64,000 bases of DNA, taken from positions 1,798,001-1,862,000 of the forward strand of contig NC_081334.1 in assembly GCF_022539665.2 (NCBI RefSeq), in the 5' to 3' direction. Position numbers and translations under genes: made by a program. This DNA is from Daphnia carinata (taxonomy: Eukaryota). Shown here one piece after another: positions 25,401 through 38,600 of this stretch; positions within the stretch are counted from its first letter, which is position 1, and every line of letters starts with the position of its first letter. The notes beneath the pieces were generated by a model. The model searched no databases. It saw only the letters and a program-made list of their open reading frames with translations, and was not told the origin of the DNA.

Positions 25401-28400
25401 TAAAGTCTCTTATATACCACCAGATATTGGATCCCGACTGGAAAATGGAGCGTACTGTACGTCGATCGAGCAACGACGTTTGACGTACTCAATAGCGACA
25501 CTCGTCGTGGAACATCAGACAATTGTGCTCGTCTTTAGAATAAACGATAAATCCAAAAGCTTTTCACGTATAGAGACGGAGAGACGAAGCGTTTCTCTTT
25601 TGTTGTATCCAAACGGGGGGGGGGGGGGGGATGTCGCGAACAACACGCCCACCGGCGGGATTGAGAGGACGTGCACAAAGCGTCCAACCCGCAACAGATT
25701 CTGATGTCTCGAGTTGCCTTCTCGGATGGAGCATAGCGCTCACACAAAATACGCGTCCTTTCCTATACAAATGTGGGCGCACTGACGCGTCTTTTATGTA
25801 TAGATAATAATGTAGGAAAAAAAAAATGAATAAATAATAAAAAAGATGGTATATAGAATATGTTGCCGCGGTGTTGCGTTCCGAGTTTTTGCTCGTCAGA
25901 CGCAGAGACTAATAGCATCAAAGGCGAGACAAGAAGCCATCGATAATGACCACGCGCTGCTGCTATTGACGCATCGCTGTCCAACCCCCATGGAAAATAA
26001 AAGAAGAAGAAGAACGCGCTTCGGTGCAACTTCTTTTCAAACTGGCCCCTCGACGTCTTTGACTTTCTCTCTCTTTCCCCCTCGCCACAAATGACCAAGG
26101 TCTCTTTCTTTGTTTACTCCTTTTCTTTTGCCCCTTCTGCTTTCATCTGGCAAAAGCCGCACGCTGTGTGTAGGCTTTGCCGCTTCGACTGCCAGTGCCA
26201 GTTCATTATCTCGTGGCAAGAACCTCACGAACCTACAACGGCAGCCCGGCAGCCCGCTTTTGTTCAAAAGTTATGAAGCAGTATTTAAAAGAAAGCTGGG
26301 GAAATGAAGATAAGGACGTCAAGTCGATTGCTTTATTGTGTATATTAGCCACTAACAAACGGTAATGGCGTGGGGCCTAAGCAAGATTCCCAATTTTCGT
26401 TCACCTTTTGTCTATGTGTGTAATTGGCTAAGCTGCTCGGCTATAACGAGCAATGTTCGTGAATGTTTTCAAAATTTGATTTGTCTTTTAGTTTTTTTAG
26501 TTTTTTTTTTTTTTTTTCCTTCACGTTTTAGCATATACTTCATCAGGCCACTTGATGCTGACTATCCTCTTGATAAAAATGGAGCTTGTCAAAGTCAGGG
26601 CTTGTTTCGGCAGAGTGGACTTTGAGGGGGACATGAGCTTCTCTTTCTTCTGTTTATTTATTTATTTATTTATTTTCTGCTAACTACAAGAACCAGACGT
26701 CCTTGTTTTGTAATTAGCATCGTTTTCGAGCGTCTAATATAATTAGATGGACCATCTATACGTACTCGCTGTATGTTCTATAGAGTAAAAACAGCTAGTC
26801 GCTAATGAAGCACTTCTTGATGAACGACTGATGTTATATGAACATCATTACAATATCGTCTCGTTCCAGCAAACTTTGAGGGTTTTTTTTTTTTATTTTC
26901 TATGTTTGCAAAGGTCCGTCTATCCACATCGAATGGTTTGCTATTTATTGATTAGATTTATTTTTGTCTTTCATCCATTTAGTTTTCTTGTTTCTTTTTT
27001 TCTGTATTCAACCCTAACGAAGATGAAACGAGTTTGAGTTAAAAACAAAAAAAAAAAAAAAGAAAAACAAAATGGGAGTGTCCCAATAAATAAACTGAAT
27101 GGGGACAGCATCCGGTAACAAGCATGTCGTTTTTCGTCTATTAGGTAGCGATTGTTGAGTATAGTCACAATCCCCCCTTTTTTTTTTTTTCCTTCTCTCG
27201 CTGGCCACAAGTCTCTTATTTCTTTACCCGTCTTTCCGGTACAGCCATCCTCCTACATCCGTTCCTTTTTATTTTTACGGAAGAAGCAAAAGCTTGCTAC
27301 CGCTTTTGACTCCATTTTTTTGTTCATAGCATTTATCAAGGGAAATTGGAACAAGCTTTCGCTAGGACAAAAAGATCAAACATCCACGGCAAAGTGATTC
27401 GATATCTTCGGTCGCATAGAAATCCATGAAGTGGCACAAACAAGAAGCCGGTTCATTTTTTTTTTTTAGGGGATAGGAACATACAAGAAAAAAAAACTAA
27501 CTAATTATTTAAAAAAAAAAAAAAAGAGAGAGAGTTGGAATGGCCTGGTTTTGCGGCGACATTGAGTTGCCCCCTTAAGTGAGAGAATTTAATTAATTGC
27601 GTGTAGGCAGTAAGCTTTTTTTTTTGAGAGGAATCGTTGCTAGGGGCAACGGCTGTGGGAGTTGCACTCTCACACCAGGTGTTGTAATGCATTTTCCTGT
27701 ACTTTCTTCGTAAGTCTTAAGGGATTTTTAAAATGCCCTGTAATAAAAGTTTGGCTGAAGATCGGAGACGGGGCAGAATGAAAACTTTCGATCCAACAGC
27801 TCCAACGATATGAAAAATCGATTTAAAAAAAAGGTCGGGGGGGGGGGGGGGGTCTTTGACGACAAAGAAGAAACCAGCGAGACAGGAAGGATTTGAGAAA
27901 AAAATATAAACAGTATATAAAAAAAAAAAAAATCTCAATTGAAACTGTAGACATCATGCATATTGCATCCTATAACATATAGAGCACCGGTCTGAAAGCT
28001 TTTCCCATAAAAAAAAAGGGAGGGAAAGAAAAGGATGACACAACTAGTATATATAGGTATTTGATGATTACAATATATAGTGTCCTTGTTTCTTTTCGTC
28101 TGATTCCACCCACTTTCAATGAATTTCGCTAGAAATGTTGGAAATGTCGATAACACATCGGAATGAGAAACGAAGATTTCTGTTTTGATTTTTTTTTTTT
28201 TTTTTTTTGCTTCGAGGAAACATCGGCGCAGGCGTCCTTCCCTCAACAATGTAAGGCAGCTGATACATCCGGCGTAGTGGTGTCGTACGTGAGTCACTCA
28301 CGCTCACGAAGCGCATCTCACTCGCCGGCTGACTTTCGCTTACGGAGCATCCGTTTTGAACATTAACCACGTTTCCTTCTCTCTTCTTCTTTTTCTTTAT

Positions 28401-28722
28401 AAAAAATACGCCATCGTCCACACCGTCCATTTAGCGAGAGTGTGTCTGGTGTGCGAGTGTGTGTGTGTGTGTGTGTTCATCGCACAGTGGCGTGCCGTGG
28501 CTTCCAGTAGCGCCCACACGGCAACGTCTTCCGCCACAGCTGCTCATCGTACAATATTACACGACAGCCACTCCTATTATATTCCCTCCGTCATCCGTAA
28601 TTCGATTTGAAAGCCACCAGCGTCGTGCCCCATCAGGACTTCCCTTTTACCGTTCAAGAGCAAGACGGGACTTTATATTTTTCTTCTTTTTTTTTTTTGA
28701 AAGCCACCACACTGCCAACAAC

Positions 28723-31700
28723 ATGTCAGCAGGGAGCAATTCCAATTTCCTTTGGATACTCAAATCGTCGCTCTTTTTCAGTACGTCCAAGAAACTTTTT
28801 GCCAGTTTCGCTGGGCACATCACCAGCAGCGCATCGCACCAATCACGTAACTATGGCTTTCCTTATTTTTTAGATGTCAATGTCGATGGAATATTTGCTT
28901 TAAAAAAAAAAAAAATAGGCATAAGCGTAAGGGTTGATTTATGAATAGGAGCTCGTTTAATGCAAAGTCTGGGATTAATGGTCGGTGCTTATAACTCTCA
29001 TGTTTGCATCGAAATAGACACGGTGAAATGATTTTTTTTTTTTTTTTATTATTATTATTGCAAATGTGTGTGTGTGTGTGAGGGATGTGCGTGGAAATCG
29101 ATTATCAATGGCGGGACGAGTTTGTATCTAGGCAACGGGTGCCATTACTTGCGCGATGTGAAAGGAGATTCATTTTAATGTCTAGCCATCTGTATAAATG
29201 AACAGATTGGATTGCCCTGCGCAGCGTGAAAATAAAAAAAGAAACTTGCGACGGGGGCGCCAACCATTTTTCGGGTGAAAATCGGATGATCCGTCGCTTT
29301 CCCGACACGCATGGACGCATCCTCCTTCAAAAATCCGCACGTTGAAAGACCTTTAAAAAACAACTTTGTTCTCAACTGAAATTTTAAGCGAAAGGAATCG
29401 CATCGGTAGTTTTAAAAAATAAATAAAAAACAACAACATCGAAAACTTAACACTAAGCTACGAATAGAACGTTAAAAACGAAAGGAAAATCTTAACGGCT
29501 GAATTATGCAAAACATCCCACTGAAAGGAACGCAATCACGAAGTTAAAAAAACAAACAAAACAAACATGATCTCGCCGAATCCCCGTCTCGACATCTGCC
29601 CGCTAGATTCGGGCCCTGCAAATTAAAAAGCAAGTTAGAACAACGATGCGAATGAAGGGGGTACCAAGTTTTTCGCCGCGTCTCTCGACGTTGCATGTTT
29701 GTGCGCCGTAGCGCTAAATAATTGACTCGCTTTGCTTCCTTACATTTCGGCAAAAGGCAACGGACACGTTTTGTGTACGTAGATAGGAAGAAAGGCGGAT
29801 AACAAACGGGCACAACTTTGGCAGCCAACTTGATTTTTTAAATAGCATGCGAACGCTGAATAAAAAGCGAGCGACATTTGTTTTCTTCAAACTGACTAAT
29901 GAATATTGCTGAACATTCAAAAGACAAAGGCAATTGATTTTTTTTTTAAAGAGCAAATATTTTCAACTGTTACCTGGGCTCTTGTATAATAGGCCACTTT
30001 GATTGGCTTCTTCGCCTTTCCTTGCTCTTCCCATTTGTTTATACGCCAAGTTCGCCCCTCCGTCTGAAACAGAAAAGCGCAACTTCAAAGGGCTTCCAGC
30101 ATTCACTATTTGATGAGTCCGGGAAAAGTATTTTCCAACTTCTGATCGCACTTTGATTCAGCAAAGTTTTTTTTTTTTTCTTTTCCAAACGATCCTTTGG
30201 AAAAATCTCGTTCTACGCAAACGAGAAAAAGCGGTGGCCTATTATTTGTTTTATTCACCGACATCTAACCTCTTTTTTTGCCTTTATTTGATCTGAAAAA
30301 AAAAATTAATAATGGGTTCCAATCAATGAAATGGAAGCATCCGTGGGTGTGGTGTCAAACCCTCTGCGCATTGGCTCATCCTCAAAAAAAAAAAAAGCGT
30401 TGAGGTTCACGCTGTACGACCGTTAGGAATCGTGACAATATTTAGACCTGGAGAGGTCCTCAAAAGCCTAGGGGTTAGGGGGGGGGGGGTCAAGTAGACG
30501 TTGAATAAAATCAATGTATTCATCGATTCGAGTGTCACATTTTTCTATTCCACCTCTACTGTGAAAATGCGACGTTTAAAAAAAAAAAATTGAAAAATAC
30601 AAATGGCTTTTCATACGCTGTTTCGACAGCACGAAAATTGGTGCGCCCTCCTGAAGATTTCCCATGTGTCTCAAAAAAATAAAATAAAATAAGCAACAAT
30701 AAAATATAAAAAAAAAAAACAAAAAAAAACCTGCCATTGATTGTCAGAATACACGGGAGGCTTGGGTGTAGACCGAGAGGACGTACACACATAAAGGGCG
30801 TTGAATCGATGGCACACAAAGGAACACAGATTGAACGCGTGCGTGCCATCTGTGTGTGTGTATGTACCCCTGCACGACGAACAAAACAATATACGCAATT
30901 CTCCTACATGTATTTTTCGTTTTTCTTTTGTTTTTATCTTTCTTCCTTGACGGCTGACTTCTTCATCTTCTTCTGCGTCCGTGTCATGATGGATGGTGGA
31001 ACGCTCGGTCCACCCTCGGCTATGGGGAAACGTCGCGGAATGGAACAGTTTCGGGCAAACCGAATCGATGTGAATACGAGCAACTATCGGCCGTTGAAGG
31101 CAACAACAACCGGACGGACAGGCATAAGAAAAATGGCAAAAATAAAAACGAACGTCACCGTCGTTTCGGATCTATTGACAACGAAGGCAACGAAGACGAC
31201 GACGACAGCAGTTCCAGCAGCCAAGAGGATGAGGATTCCGGTAATCAAAGCGAATACGCTTCTTTTCCCCCCATCAACCTTCCCTTTTGTTGTGTGTGTG
31301 TGTTGTCGTTGCTCGTCATTTTGACACGCGCTAATAGAATCGAGATGTGTTCAACTTTGTAGCGTTCCACAATGGTCTTTTCTCTTTTTCCATATGGGGA
31401 TGATTTTCTTCTGTGTTGTGCCAGATGAAGACGACGATGAGGAAATCGACAGGTTAACGTGCTGGGTCTGCGAGCGGGCATTTAGGTACATGCGAAGAAC
31501 ATAACAATAATATTGCAATGATTGTATCGTGACGTTTCTAGTTCGACGCGCATCCTGGAACGGCACAAAATACGAGAACGTCATTTCGGGTGAGTTTTAT
31601 TGTTGTCGGCCATTTTTTTTTTTTTTTTCTCTTGGGTCTACTCCACCCATAGAGAAATGGCATAACCCTTTTTGGTTGTGATGAATTTGTACGCTTTTAT

Positions 31701-32488
31701 TATGATTTATTTTTGTGCGAATGCGTAGTCCGGTCACACACCTTTAGTTCTATCTCGATAACCCCACCCGCACCCCCTTCCCACCTCGCCCATTAATGAT
31801 GCAGAGATCGATGATGGGATTGCGAGTAGTGTGGCACTATATTCTGATGAACGTATACTTAAAACTGGGGCGCAACACGGCCAACAAAGTCGAGTCTCTT
31901 TTTGCCTAAATGCATTTCCCTATATCCACTAGTCATTTGCAAAACTCTGAGCCAGCGGGCCACGCCCGCCCCACCCTTTTTTTTTGTTTGCCGAATGCAG
32001 TCCATGCATACCACACAGCCGTTATATATATATATACGGTATATATGTATATTCCTGGGATTTCTTAAAATCTAAAAAAAAAATTCCGCAATGAAAAGTT
32101 CGGGCAAATTAAGAGTTTCCACCGCAATCCTGCCCACGCTCGTCTTGATGTTATTCAAAAAAAAAAAAAAAAAAAAAGAAGAAACTTTGGCTCACTTTGG
32201 GCATGTTCAAAGACGGTCGGAGGCTTGTAATTTCATTGCACGCGTGAGCAGCACGTGTGTGTGTGTGTGCGTATCTGGCTAAGCTCCGAACGTTGCTAGG
32301 CGTCGAACGGTTGACTGATTTCTCACGTCATTCTTTTTTGGGGGGGCCCCTCCAATGTTTCTTTTCAGATTAAGTTTCCACGAAAAATTCGGAAAATGAT
32401 GAAATGGAATACCCCGCTGCTACTCTCCTATGTACCATTGCCAGACCGATATATTTCAATCACCCCCCCCCCTCCCCTTTGTTTTCAC

Positions 32489-32526
<38 letters not shown>

Positions 32527-33554
32527 TTGCAGGTGATGGATTTCTGTTAGAAATACCACGGCATGACGCAGGATCGTTACTCAATTTCATTCACGACTTT
32601 TTCCCAGTCGACCAATCACGTTTGGCTTTGTTATTTCACCTTCAGACACTGACATCAGAGTCAGCAGTATCGAATTCATCATTCAAATATTTTTTTTTTT
32701 TTTTACAGCAAAAATAAATAAAAAAAAAAAAAACATTTTGGCCAATAATATAAAAACAGCACGCCAGTGTAGCAATTTCACCAATGTGACAAGCTAAACG
32801 CGCAGGCTCTGCCATTTGCATGTAGGCCAAGTTCGATCTTTCTCTCTCTCTCTCTTGTATATTTTTTTTTATTCGGCTGTACGAAACATTGATCCAAGAG
32901 CTCGTTGTTTTCGTTTGACGAGTGCACATCTAATGACGGATGCCTTTGGTTTCCCCTTATATTTGGTATGGATTGGCTTTGCGTGTGTGCGTCTCAGTTC
33001 AGTACATCTGTGATGTTAACACAGCCGAGCAAGAAAGCCACCTCTCTCTTTTCACATGGCATCATTCGTGAAGATGTTTTAGATCTTGGGCTTTGATTTC
33101 AACATTTCTTGTTTGCATGGTTTCATCTTTGTTGCTGCTCGAACTGCAATGACTCTCTTCTATTTTTATTTTATTATTATTATTTTTTTTTTTTTTTGGC
33201 TCTCGTTTGATCTTTGAAATTCGGTTCCGCCTTTATGTGTGCGGCGTTGCCTTCATCAACCGCGGATCATTTATATTTTGCTTTTGAAATTCATGCGGCC
33301 GTTTTTTTTTTTTTTTGGCTTCTGATCAAAGATGCGGAACGTGCGACGCCATATTCCCGACACTCATGGCTCTGGAAGCCCATCAGGAGGAGGCGGATCA
33401 CTGGTCGAGCGACGAAGAAGACGACGACGATGAGGACGACAAGGACATGGACGGCCACAACTCGTCGGAGGACTCGCAGCTCGACACCGAAGACGAGATG
33501 GAACTCGATGGCAAAGATCACCAACTCAAGAAGGAACGGCTTTTCCTCATCTAA
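28723..33554 (+). CDS. Small acidic protein with two C2H2 zinc fingers
   Basis: Phase-compatible exons 31049-31240, 31425-31485, 31542-31589 and 33332-33554 give ...DEEIDRLTCWVCERAFSSTRILERHKIRERHFGCGTCDAIFPTLMALEAHQEEADHWSSDEEDDD...LFLI*. The first exon (ATG 28723, MSAGSNSNFLWILKSSLFF, phase-1 donor) is tentative. Confidence 0.8.
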
Positions 33555-35601
33555 TCGGTACGTTCCCGGATTGTTCGTCGCAAATATGTTCCCACACACT
33601 AAGTAGTTCTTCTTCTATCAATAAGTGGCTCCGGGTATTAACTCAAAAAGATGAATGTATATATATATATATATACAGTATAGTATTTGAATCTTTAATG
33701 GAGGGAGAGAGAAAAAGAAGATGAGATGACATTCTTAGTCAATAAAAGAGAGATATTAAAAGATGTAAGCCTATAAATCATGTGTGCATTATTCCCGTGC
33801 AGACGACATCACCATGACGACCGGAGTCGAACCATTCCTTTAGTGTTCCATCAGCACACGAGAGCAGCGGCAACAGCTTTGAATTATTTATAATATATCG
33901 AATGTACAATATTCCATATCTACTGGTCCACACCCGAAACCAAGCTATGGCCCCACAATCCCCTTCGCTTTGCATTTTCATCTCAATGTCTGTAATTCCA
34001 TTCTTCGCCCCCCACCCCCCAACTCTTCAACCAGTCACTCTACCCCTTCCTCGAGCGTGTGCGTGTCCGTATCGCACGAATGTCATAAACATTTCTTACA
34101 TTTTATTTTATTTTTTTTTTTTTTTGGCGACGTACTCACCAACACGCAGGCCGATTTGTTTAAAAAATGTTCCTCACCACACACACGAAAAAAGATAAAA
34201 CAAGAAAGGGCACACAATAAAGAAAAAAAAAAGGGGGGGGGGGGGGGGGGAGCGGAATGATGGAAGTAGAGGCATCGTGTTTGATCAAGAGCCCTACACT
34301 CGAAACCCAACGGGTAATGGCTTGCCGTTTCTCATCTAAATACAGAGTACGTTACACACACACACACACACAGCTATTATATAGATCGAATGCAATATCT
34401 ATCCCGTGAGAGGAGTGATTCGTCTTTGTGTGTGTGTGTGTGTGTTGCATCCAATCGTATAAGACATTTGGCAAATAAGGGCAACGGCTTTTCAACACGC
34501 ACGGGCAATCAAGACAAAACGGATCCAATTTTCATTTTTAGAGACGCCAGCATTTCTCTCGAACATTTCGTATTCACGCAGGGAGATTGTTGATCAGCAT
34601 CGAGAGTTTTGGATCGGGAAAAAAAAAAAAAGAAAGAAGACGGATGAGGCAATATCTCATATTGTTTAATTCATAAATTCATATCGAGTCAGGAAGGCGG
34701 GAGGAGGGGGTATCAGGATGGGAAATCAGAAGAAGAAGAAAAAGAAATAAAACAAAGGTAGGAAAGAAAGTAGTGAATGTCGGGGATAAAGATGGGAAGG
34801 TGGGGGCGTGAGAGGGCAAGAGGAGACACTCAAAAACTGACGACATCATGGCACATATATAGTTGTTGTCTTTCGTTAATTATTTTTCTTATCTCGCGTT
34901 CGTCTTCTATTTTTTTTTTTTTTTTTTTTTAATTTCATCGTCTTACAGCTGAATATGGCATCGGTGCAAAGTTTGATAATATCATTGTAACAATTGTGTA
35001 AAGAATGACGATAATATAATAATTGAAGAGAATGGACCATGTCTCGGGCAAATCAGATTAATTAGTGGTTGAAAAAAAAAATGTGAAAATTAAAAACAAA
35101 CAAAAAAAAATAATAAACAATTGAGCATTGGGCTTGTCTCTGATAGCGTCAAAGAGCGAATCAAGTTCCTTTTTTTTCTTTTCTTTTTCTAAAAAGAAAT
35201 TCTCAAATTGAAAACAATCGCACCTGGACTGAGAGAAGAAAGTATCGATTTCTAACGTACAAAAATATAAAAAATCACACACACACACACACACAGATCA
35301 AAAAATGGATAATTGTAAGCAACTGAAGAAACACGTTAACAGATATAAGGCTCTTTTTGTTTTGTCTTTATTGTGTTGGGGGGGCTAGAGAAAATATAGA
35401 AAAAATGTTTCTTTTCCCGAGGAGGACCGATGCCAGCCTCTAGTGGTGAGGCTAAAAATCAATCAGCATTTCTTTTCTTTAATATTATTCTTTTTTATTT
35501 GGATGATGGATGAAAAAAAAAAAAGAGAGAGAGAGAGAAGGTCATCATCTTCTTCACTCCTCCTCCCTTTCCTATACATGTATCGATGGTATTTCAAAGT
35601 T

Positions 35602-38600
35602 TCAAATGTCGACGCCAGGCTGCTGGCTGTTGGGCTTGAGCTCGAGAAACTGATACGGCACGTGGAAGTGATGGTTCTTGTGTTCGACGAGTAGGTGACC
35701 CCTGCGGTGAGAGGCGCCCATCACCATCACAGCCTCTCCGCCACGTAACACCACATCACCGTTAGCATCTTCTATTTATAACGAATGCATCGGGATTTAA
35801 AAAAAAAAAAAAAAAAAAAAAAAGAACGGAAGATTGCAAAAGCGCATGAGAGACGTACCTGGAAATGTACTTTTCATGATCCTCGTCTGCGGATATCCTA
35901 ATTTACTGTTGCCCGCCACTGTGTAAGACCGGCTGGGCGGCAACGGGGGAGGTCTCTCCTAAAATGCAAAATTTTTTATTACTTTTCGTACATTTTCGCT
36001 GGAAATGGAAAAGCAGATGACTCACCAAATCTAAACCGAAGAGAGAACACGTGTGTTGTATGGTCTTAGCGTCGCACTTCTCCTGGTGGAGGCCAGCCAA
36101 AGCTTCGGGCGGAGGCGTACAAGCGATGGGCTGCGGCCTTGGCCGGCCGTACGACTGTTGTTGTTGTTGCGACGAGCCGACGTTCTGGCCCACGCCGGCC
36201 AACTGCTGCGATTGTTGTGACTGCTGCTGCTGCTGTTGCTGCAACTGCTGCTGTTGTTGAGGTTGTTGTTGTTGTTGATTGCGATTGGCTGGATGAGAGT
36301 TACCTATTTATAAAAATCGAATCGATTAAAAATTGAAGAGAATTTCGATCAGGACGTTAAAAGGATCTTGCCACGATTAAGATTGACGTGTGAGGCGCCA
36401 CCAGCCACCTGGTGGCTTTGCAGACTGGCGCCGTTGTTGACGGACATGGTGGAATTGTTGGCGTTTCGACCCATTCGCAATTCCAGCTGGCGTTTGACTG
36501 TGGGCCAGCGACGACGAAAGTGCCATCCGCGCCACGTCGACTGGATGGCCACGGCCGCATTGTGACGCGTTTCGGCTCGCAATGCCTCCAACTGCTGGCG
36601 GGCGCCTTCGCTGAGGAAGATGTGCCGTTTGCCCAACGACCAGCTGGTACTGACGTTCGAATCCTTGGGCAGTTGGAGCGTCGTGTTGGCTTGGAACGAT
36701 TGCAAGATCAGAGTGCAATCGTCCACGGCCTTGTCGTCCAGCCGTTTCAGCCGCTTGAACGGCGCCAGCATCTTGTAGCGGGCATTAAACGCTTTAAACC
36801 TCATCCGGTGTGGATATCCTGGCCAAATTTAATCATTTATTTATTTTTATTTTTTTTTCTTTTTGAAAACAATGTTCGTGAGAAATGGGAAAATTTCTTT
36901 TACCTCCAGCCATGAGATTGACAGTTTCGAGGACCTGGAGGGCTCGGACCTGTCGGCTGACGACAGATCGGTCGAAATGGCCGGGCGTTTCGGTGTTATT
37001 GGCTCTGACGCACCGGATAAAGTGAGGCTTGGCATGTACAAGAGTTCGTAACAAGTTGTCCAACCGGGTGTGAAAGTCTTGCGTCAGCGTCGACACCGGA
37101 TCGTCGCCATTCAACCTACGAGTTCCATAAACGGCAATAGAATAAACAGAAGAATAACGTCACACGCGTTCATTATCGTTTTTTGTTTTTTTTTTGAACA
37201 TTTTGTTAAAAGCAAATGAATATTTAAAGAGCAATTGCGTTTTTTGTTTACAGGTCAGTGTGAGAGGTGGGCGAAATGCGGAAGCGGATTCCCCTGGGCG
37301 CCGTCTCCTGGGCAAAGAGCACTTTCAATTCCGAGCCGAATAAATGTGTGGCAAAGCCAAACTGGCAACTCTGCTTGTAAAAAACGGAAACCAAATCGTC
37401 CGGAAGCACATCGCGATTCGTATCTAAAAAAAAAAAAAAAACGTACAAATTTACGACGTTAACTATCGATTTAAAATTGAAAAGCAGGTTTTTATTTTAC
37501 CTAAGCAATCGCTGGCATCGTAAACGACTCGGCCAGCGAAATGCTGAATGCCAAACACGCGCAAATCAGACGATGCGGACTTGGATTCGAACAGTCTGCT
37601 GTTGTGCTTGTGCTGGAGCCTGACCTTTTGGACGTAGGACTCGGGAGTACCGCGGGCGCTGCACTCGACATCCAGCATACTCAACAGGCCTGTCCGCTGT
37701 TTTGATTTTTTTTTTTATTTTTCAAACGTTAAAAAACAAGAACAAATGCAGAATTTAAAAAGGAACCGGTTTTGCAAAAATAGTCAAGTCCTTGAATGAA
37801 TTAAAAACAAAAGAAGTGTGTCAAGTGTACCAGCGAAGAGATGAGGTCAATGCACGGCACGTTATCGACGTAGTCCGGTTCCAATTCACACTGGATCCCC
37901 TCCTCGCGACACGACTCGATACTCGACTTGAAGATGTGCGTGTTAAAGAAATGCTGCATTGTTTCGGCGCACAAGTTGATGCACAAGTGTTCCAACTGGC
38001 TCGGCTGCAGTAACCGATTTTGATTGATCGCGTTGGCGTGTGCGGTCGGTCGGAGGGAGGGATAAAAAACAAACAAATAATAATAATGATTTTCTGATGA
38101 TTATTATATCCTTTTGATGTACAAGTTTTTGAAAATTTGGGGATTGTACGTCAATGGTAATTGGCTGTTAAAAAATGTCTGTATTTACCTTTGGATCTTC
38201 AAAGCCAAACATGTCTAGAATACCGATGAATCCATCGGTAGCGTGCCGGACGGCGGTATTGAGAACGGCCATTGATCGGCTGGACTTTGAGCCGGCCGTG
38301 CCTACTGTCGATGCGTGTTGACTGGCCACTTCGGCCTGGTTATGGACGGAATCATTGGAATCGGAGCTGAGCGTGCCCGACATACACAGCCGCTTGAGGC
38401 TGTTGGCCCGTCTGACGATAGTGGCAACCGTCCTACAGTAAAGCGCCTTGGCCAGCGCGTCTCTCGCTCCACCCGACTAATTTTTTTACGTATGCAAATG
38501 AGGCCTCAATTTTAATTGATAATAAAGAGATTTTAAAAATTGTTTTTTTCTCATACCATGTTGGCGTCGCAAATGGACTTGACGAGTTGCCCGCGGACGT

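Noticed and set aside
22900..28200. Numerous 60-130 aa ORFs
   Set aside because: Driven by homopolymers and microsatellites, with no consistent splice chain.
30737..31324. 195-aa ORF
   Set aside because: Wrong frame; the splice-compatible acidic exon 31049-31240 uses a different frame.
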